Positions 58,864-64,000 of a stretch of 64,000 bases of DNA are shown piece after piece. The notes beneath the pieces are model-generated. The model made no database searches. It was not told the origin of the DNA and saw nothing but the letters and a program-made list of their open reading frames with translations. Within the stretch, counting starts at the first letter, position 1, and every line of letters starts with the position of its first letter. The translations under genes and the position numbers were made by a program. The DNA is taken from assembly GCA_963839695.1 (NCBI GenBank), contig CAWIVW010000010.1:3647-67646 (forward strand), read 5' to 3'. The DNA is from an uncultured Acidimicrobiia bacterium. GTDB lineage: Bacteria; Actinomycetota; Acidimicrobiia; Acidimicrobiales; Ilumatobacteraceae.

Positions 58864-60416
58864 ATGATGGCAGCGGCCGCGCTCGTGATGTCGCTTGTTG
58901 CGGCGCGCCCACCGGTTGCGGACGCTGCCGGCCCGTTCACCATGACCAGGCTGCTCAACCAGCTCACGGTCCGTAGGGAGAACAACCGGGGATACAACCG
59001 AGACAGGTTCACGGGCTGGCTGGATCGGGATCACGACGGGTGCAACACCCGGGCCGAGGTTCTGATGCAGGAAAGCCGGCGCCGGGTCCGCCGGACGGCC
59101 TCGTGCATCGTCACCCGGGGGCGTTGGTTCTCGACCTACGACGGCCGGATGATCAGCCGGCCCCGCCGGATCCGCGTCGATCACGTCGTACCGTTGGCCG
59201 AGGCGTGGGGGTCAGGTGCCCGCCGTTGGAGCGCGGGCACTCGTCATCGGTACGCCAACGACTTGCGATTCGCCGGATCGTTGCGCGCGGTATCCCAGAG
59301 CTCGAACCGGAGCAAGCGCGACGACGATCCCGCCGCTTGGCTGCCGCCTCGGGCGGCGGCCCGCTGCGCCTACGTCCGTGACTGGGTGGCGATCAAGTGG
59401 CGGTGGGGGCTGTCGATCAATGTTGCCGAGCGAGCGGCGATCAGGAAGGTGCTCAGGCAGTGCCCCACGATGAGGGTCTGGGTGTCCAAAGCGAAAGTCA
59501 CCGTGACTCCGTCGCCGGGTGCGGACACGACCTTTTCGTTCGCCGTGGTGCCGGACACGCAGAACGAGACGTACGCGGGTGAGGTCCGCACGCAGGAGCG
59601 GGTGGAGTGGCTGCTGGCCAACCGGGGGAGTTTGGATCTGCGGTGGGTGTTGCACAGTGGTGACGTCCACAACTGGGACACCCCTGATCACGACCAGTAC
59701 GTGGCGATGAGTTCATGGTTGCGACCGTTGGACACGGCCGGGATGCCGTGGGTGTTCACTCCCGGTAACCACGACACCGCGGCGGTGTGTCCGGGGGGGA
59801 GTGCCTGTCCGGGCCAGGACGCGAGCGTCGCGCTGCGCAACACGGCCACGTGGAATGCGTATTACCCGCCGGCGCGGTTCGGGCTGCAGGGGGTGTTCGA
59901 GGCCGGCAAGTCCGACAATGGATGGCGGGCGTTCAGCGCCGGGGGCAAGCAGTGGCTGGTGCTCAGCCTCGAGCTGTGGCCGCGCACGGCGGTGATCAAC
60001 TGGGCCAAGACGGTGGTGGCGAACCATCCCCACCACAACGTCATCGTCGTGACGCACATGTTCCTCGACGGCACTGGTCAAATATCGGGGGGCAATGGTG
60101 GGTATGGGGCGAACAGCCCGGCGACGTTGTGGAACGCGCTCGACGACTATCCGAACGTGGTGATGACGTTCTCCGGGCACGTCGGGCGGGCCGCCAACAC
60201 TTCGCGGACGGCGCCGGACGGGCATCGCGTCGCGATGTACCTCAGGCCTTCCACGACTCCACGTACAACCCGACGCGCATCGTCACCGTCGACACCACAC
60301 GGGGAACGATCTCGACGTGGATCGTCGCCAACTGGGACCGGATCCTCCGCCGGAACGTCACCTACGAGTACACCGCCTACCGGGCGACCATCACCGGCAT
60401 GCGCTTCCTCAACTGA
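58864..60416 (+). CDS. Secreted DUF1524 HNH nuclease plus metallophosphoesterase fusion (paralog 3), frameshifted (1 missing C near 60243)
   Basis: MMAAAALVMSLVAARPPVADA..., GYNRDRFTGWLDRDHDGCNTRAEVL, VDHVVPLAEAWGSGARRW and NRSKRDDDPAAWLPP, followed by the MPE motifs. The tail QAFHDSTYNPTRIVTVD...GMRFLN* is in the next frame. The start codon is uncertain. Confidence 0.75.
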
Positions 60417-60455
60417 CCCGAAGTTGCCTTCGGCCTGGTTGACAGCGCCGCCGGT
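59522..60455. repeat. Dispersed direct repeat copy 2 (partner of 57868-58800)
   Basis: Same evidence as copy 1. Confidence 0.85.
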
Positions 60456-60625
60456 GGCGATCGGTGGCCTGTGCGCACTGCGAACTAACGCTTGCACTGC
60501 GCACACAGACCTATTACGGTTCCGTGTCGGTTAGAACGATATTGTGTCGTTCTCGCCACCGTGTCGTGTCAGCCCATACCACGTAGTCACGCCTGGACGG
60601 GTGCGTCGACGGTCAGGACTTTGCC

Positions 60626-62899
60626 ATGCCTGCTGCCTCGCTCCCGTCTCAGTACGGTCGCGCCCGCCACCACCTCAAGGTGAGCTTGACGGTGAGTCTC
60701 CTGGTGGGTGCGATCACCGTCGCGATCGGCCCGTCGCCGGCTGTCCACGCCGCCTCACCGTGCCCGAATGCACCGATCCCGATCTACCACGTCGTGCGTC
60801 CGGCGGATGGTGTCAGCCTCTATACGCTCGAACCTCCAGGAGGTGAGCAGCGCCGCGAGCTACGGGTTCACCGACAATCGCGGAATCGCCTTCCACGCCG
60901 CGCAGCAGGCCCAGGGCACGATGGTCGCGATCCACCGGCTCCACAATCCAGCGAGCGGTGACTTCGTCTGGGTCGTGAACGGCCCCGAAGTTCAGGCCGC
61001 CGTCCCAGTACGGATACATCAATCAGGGCCCGTTTTTCGCTGCTTCGTCCGTCGACGATGCCTGCCTCGTCCCGGTCCGCCGGTACGTGCGGGGGGCGGT
61101 TCACCGCTTCGCGGTCACTGCCGCCGACCAGCAGGCGCTGGCGTCCGCTGGATGGGCCGACGAAGGGGTTCGCTTCTACGCCGCGCCATCGACGGGCACA
61201 TCGCCTCCGCCACCTCCACCACCCCGCCCTCGGGCGGGCCGGGATCGCTGCCGGTCGGCGCGGCGAGCTACCCGGTACCCGCCGGCGCCGTCTACGTGTC
61301 ACCGAGCGGCAATGACGCCAGCACCGGCACCGCGGCGGCCCCCGTGCGTACGCTCGCGCGAGCGGTCGCGTTGGCTCCCGCAGGCGGGACGGTCGTGCTA
61401 CGCGCCGGTCGATATCGGGAAACGGTCACGATCACAAAGCGCGTCACCATTCAGAACGCGCCCGGTGAGGCGGCCTGGCTGGACGCCAGCACGCCCGCTC
61501 ACCGGCTGGGTCCGTACCGCCACGGGATGGCGGAAGGACGGGTGGGCGACCCGCTTCGACCACAGCCCGACGTACACCCAAGGCGCCCCGGACGGGGCAG
61601 CGCCCTACTGGCAGTTCGTGAATCCGTCTTTCCCCATGGCCGCCCACCCGGACCAGGTGTGGATCAACGGCGTCGCCCAGACCCAGGTGGCGTCGCTGTC
61701 CCAGTTGCGCGCCGGCGCCTTCTTCTTCGACGAAGCGCGGTCGCAGTTGCACATCGGCAGCGACCCGACCGGGCGGACGGTCGAGGCGAGCAGCCTGGCC
61801 AAGGCGCTGTCGGTCCGGGCGAGCGGAACGGTGATCCGGGGCATCGGGATCCGCCGGTACGCCCCCTCGGTGTGGATGGTGGCGGCGGTGACGCTCGAGG
61901 CAACCGTCGATCCGGGTCGAGAACGTCGTCATCGACGGAATGGCGACGACCGGCATCAGCGCCCTCGCGGCGGACATCGTGCTCGACCGGTGACCGTGCT
62001 GAACAGCGGCATGCTCGGAATCCACGTCCGCTTCGCCGATCGCCTGCAGCTCACATCGGTGCTCGTCGCAAGGCAACAACGCCGAACGATTCAACATCGC
62101 CCCGGTGGCGGGGGGAATCAAGGTCGGCGCAGACCCGCGGCGTGACCGTGCGTGACAGCAGCTTCTCCGGAAACCTCGGTCACGGGTTCTGGATCGACAT
62201 GTCCGTCTACAACACGACGTACGCCAACACCACGTTCCGGGACAACGCCGGAACGGGGCTCTTCCTGGAGATCTCGGGCCGGGCCACCGTCGTCGACAAC
62301 CTGTTCTCGGGCAACGGCGAGTTCGGCATCAAGGTCAACAACACGAGTGACGTGAAGATCTGGAACAACACGTTCGTCGGCAACGGCCGTCCGCTCAATC
62401 TCGTCCAGGACTCGCGTCGCAACACGAATCCGAACGACCCCGCCGTCGACCCGCGAGTTCCGTGGCCGGACCCGGCCATGCCCTGGACGCTCGGTCCGGT
62501 CACGGTGGCCAACAACGTGGTGGGCAACGCTCGAGCGAGCGCCAACTGCCTCCTCTGCGTCGAGGACTACAGCCAGCAGAAGACCGCCGAGCAGATGGGC
62601 ATCACCGCCAACAGCGACGTGTATCACCGCCCGACCGCCAGCCAACCGAGCTGGCTCGTGGTGTGGTCCCGAGGACCGGGCTAGCCCGGCCGTCTACACG
62701 ACCCTCGCGGCGTTCACCGCGGCGACCGGGCAGGAGCGCGCTGGGACGCGAGTTCATCGGAGCTCCGATCGTCGACGCCAACGGCACCTTGACTGCGGCA
62801 GTGGCGTCCCTGGCGCCCACGGTTGCATCACCGTTGCCGGCCGATGTCGCCGCCTTGGCGGCTCGTGCGAGCGGAGAGCGGCACCTCGGCATCTGGTAA
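60626..62899 (+). CDS. Secreted right-handed parallel beta-helix protein (polysaccharide lyase/depolymerase-like) with the same N-terminal repeat module as paralog 2. Heavily frameshifted (at least 8 indels).
   Basis: Signal peptide, then three units (IPIYHVVRPADGVSLYTLE..., VAIHRLHNPASGDFVWVV..., VRRYVRGAVHRFAV...GWADEGVRFYAA) and poly-Pro. The beta-helix part includes YVSPSGNDASTGTAAAPVRTLARAV and VRDSSFSGNLGHGFWIDMSVYNTTYANTTFRDNAGTGLFLEISGRATVVDNLFSGNGEFGIKVNNTSDVKIWNNTFVGN. The tail ends at GERHLGIW* (62899). Confidence 0.7.
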
Positions 62900-62994
62900 A
62901 TCAGCGCCGGTCTACCGCGGACGGCTGACGTTCGCGGGTGACGGGTAGATGATCCGTCGGTGAACGGCCGGCGGCGTCTTTCGAGGTTTTTGGC

Positions 62995-63022
62995 TTGCAG
63001 TTCGCGGATGCCCCTGTATCAT
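62995..63022 (+). promoter_or_regulatory. Candidate sigma-70-type promoter for the sugar-transferase gene
   Basis: TTGCAG-N16-TATCAT in a locally AT-richer intergenic stretch, ~90 nt upstream of the GTG at 63114. Confidence 0.3.
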
Positions 63023-63113
63023 CCGGCGCTCGCGGACGAGTAGGCACGGTTGCGGACGCCGTGTAGGAGAGGGACAATTGCGGGCGGAATCAGAAGCGCG
63101 GGAGCAGGAGGTT

Positions 63114-64000
63114 GTGCTGGGCGGCGTGGCGTCGCCCTCGGCCTCCTTCTGGCCGATCACCGAAACTCTCGACAACCGCGTGGCCAGCGGCCGCCCACCG
63201 GCGACTACGAGAGCGTTCGAGTCCGGACGGCCAACGACGGCGACGACCAAGTCGACGCGCGCTGCGCGTGCGCTCACGGCCGGGCACGTCGCGGCTGATG
63301 CGGTTGCGATCGTTCTCGGGTTGGCGATCAGCCTGGTCTGGCTCAGCGCTGGCGACGTGGCCGGCCACGTCCGCCTCGGCCTCGCGTCCCTGCCGATCTG
63401 GCTGACCGCGCTCTCCCTCAACCATCTCTACTCCCCTCGGGCAGCCGCGCTGGCAGGCGAGGCCGGATCACGAATCGCCCGGGCCGCCGCCCTGGCCGTG
63501 ACAACCACGATCGTCCTTGCGTTCGCCGTGCAGTCCGCCGACGTGTCCCGGAGCGTGGGTGCTCTCAGTGGCGGTGCTTGTGCCGGCACTCCTCGTATTC
63601 GAGCGCTCGATCGCCGGTCGCGTGATCGCTCGCCTGCGAAGACGGTCGGCTCGTCCGGCGGGTGGTGGTCGTCGGCACGGACCGGGATGCTCTCGGACTG
63701 CTGCAATCGCTCCAACGAGAGCGCGGCCAGGACGTCGTCGGCGTCGTCAGTCCGGATCGGGCAGCCGTCCGTGACGGCTATCCGGTGCTCGGCGGGTTGG
63801 ACGACGTCGAGCAGGTGCTCTTGGACGTCGGCGTGCAACGACGTGATCATCTCCACCGCCTCGGTGCACGGCGAGCGCCTGAACCGCATGACGCGGGATC
63901 TGACCGATGCCGGGTATCACGTCAGCCTGTACTCGGGGCTCCGCGACATCGACGTCGCGCGTCTGCGGCCCCACGAGCTCGGCGGGCGGACGATGGTCCA
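63114..64000 (+). CDS. Exopolysaccharide/cell-wall polyprenyl-phosphate sugar transferase (WbaP/CpsE-like N-terminal part), frameshifted (at least 3 indels), 3' end outside the window
   Basis: GTG at 63114 follows GGAGCAGGAGG. TM helices AADAVAIVLGLAISLVW, LGLASLPIWLTALSLNHLY and WVLSVAVLVPALLVFE. Then RRVVVVGTDRDALGLLQSL...YPVLGGLDDVEQVLLD...VIISTASVHGERLNRMTRDLTDAGYHVSL (the CoA-binding-like linker typical of this family), read over three frames. Confidence 0.65.
   Translation, partial: MLGGVASPSASFWPITETLDNRVASGRPPATTRAFESGRPTTATTKSTRAARALTAGHVAADAVAIVLGLAISLVWLSAGDVAGHVRLGLASLPIWLTALSLNHLYSPRAAALAGEAGSRIARAAALAVTTTIVLAFAVQSADVSRSVGALSGGACAGTPRIRALDRRSRDRSPAKTVGSSGGWWSSARTGMLSDCCNRSNESAARTSSASSVRIGQPSVTAIRCSAGWTTSSRCSWTSACNDVIISTASVHGERLNRMTRDLTDAGYHVSLYSGLRDIDVARLRPHELGGRTMV

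Noticed and set aside
45279-62000. A direct repeat of the tRNA-Leu 3' end that would delimit an integrated island.
   Set aside because: I could not find one by eye, and no integrase gene is present. The island idea is kept only as a low-confidence hypothesis.

Overview
This is a 64-kb, very GC-rich, actinobacterial-type chromosomal segment. Gene order in the 36-45 kb part matches the origin-proximal actinobacterial block crgA / trpG / pknB / pbpA / rodA / pstP / fhaB / fhaA / tRNA-Leu. The first ~1.9 kb is different. It is visibly less GC-rich (judged by eye), carries a Rhizobiales-style PRC-barrel gene, and abuts a truncated universal-stress-protein remnant, so it may be a chimeric join or foreign DNA.

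Main blocks:
(i) 2.1-18.4 kb: a tightly packed minus-strand operon. It encodes a ~2,100-aa cadherin-like/FN3 surface protein, MoxR, DUF58, a transglutaminase-like membrane protein, a Pro-repeat protein, PP2C and two FHA proteins. A receptor Ser/Thr kinase is divergent from it.
(ii) 18.4-24.6 kb: accessory surface and secreted genes. These are an inverted pair of DUF11-like wall proteins (one LPXTG) and a WXG-like/DUF1023 hydrolase with a coupled lipoprotein.
(iii) 24.4-36 kb: housekeeping genes (PaaI thioesterase, orphan ATPase, ferredoxin reductase, Lon, M15 DD-carboxypeptidase, SpeE-like membrane protein, aminotransferase, MarR, thiolase).
(iv) 36-45.3 kb: the cell-division / Ser-Thr signalling cluster, plus a pair of perfect DnaA boxes.
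(v) 45.3-64 kb: a secretome / cell-envelope region after tRNA-Leu. It holds an S1 protease, three mosaic metallophosphoesterase paralogs (two fused to DUF1524 HNH nuclease domains), a 5xLysM-NlpC/P60 protein, a PhoX-like multidomain protein, an orphan DNA methyltransferase with an extra C-terminal domain, rmlA/rmlB, a beta-helix protein and a sugar transferase.

A dominant property of the window is roughly 55-60 single-base frame breaks (my manual count). Those I inspected at nucleotide level mostly sit at short G/C runs, and they hit essential genes. I read them as sequencing or assembly indels rather than true pseudogenes, and I report whole reconstructed genes. I found no rRNA, no CRISPR array and no intact transposase.
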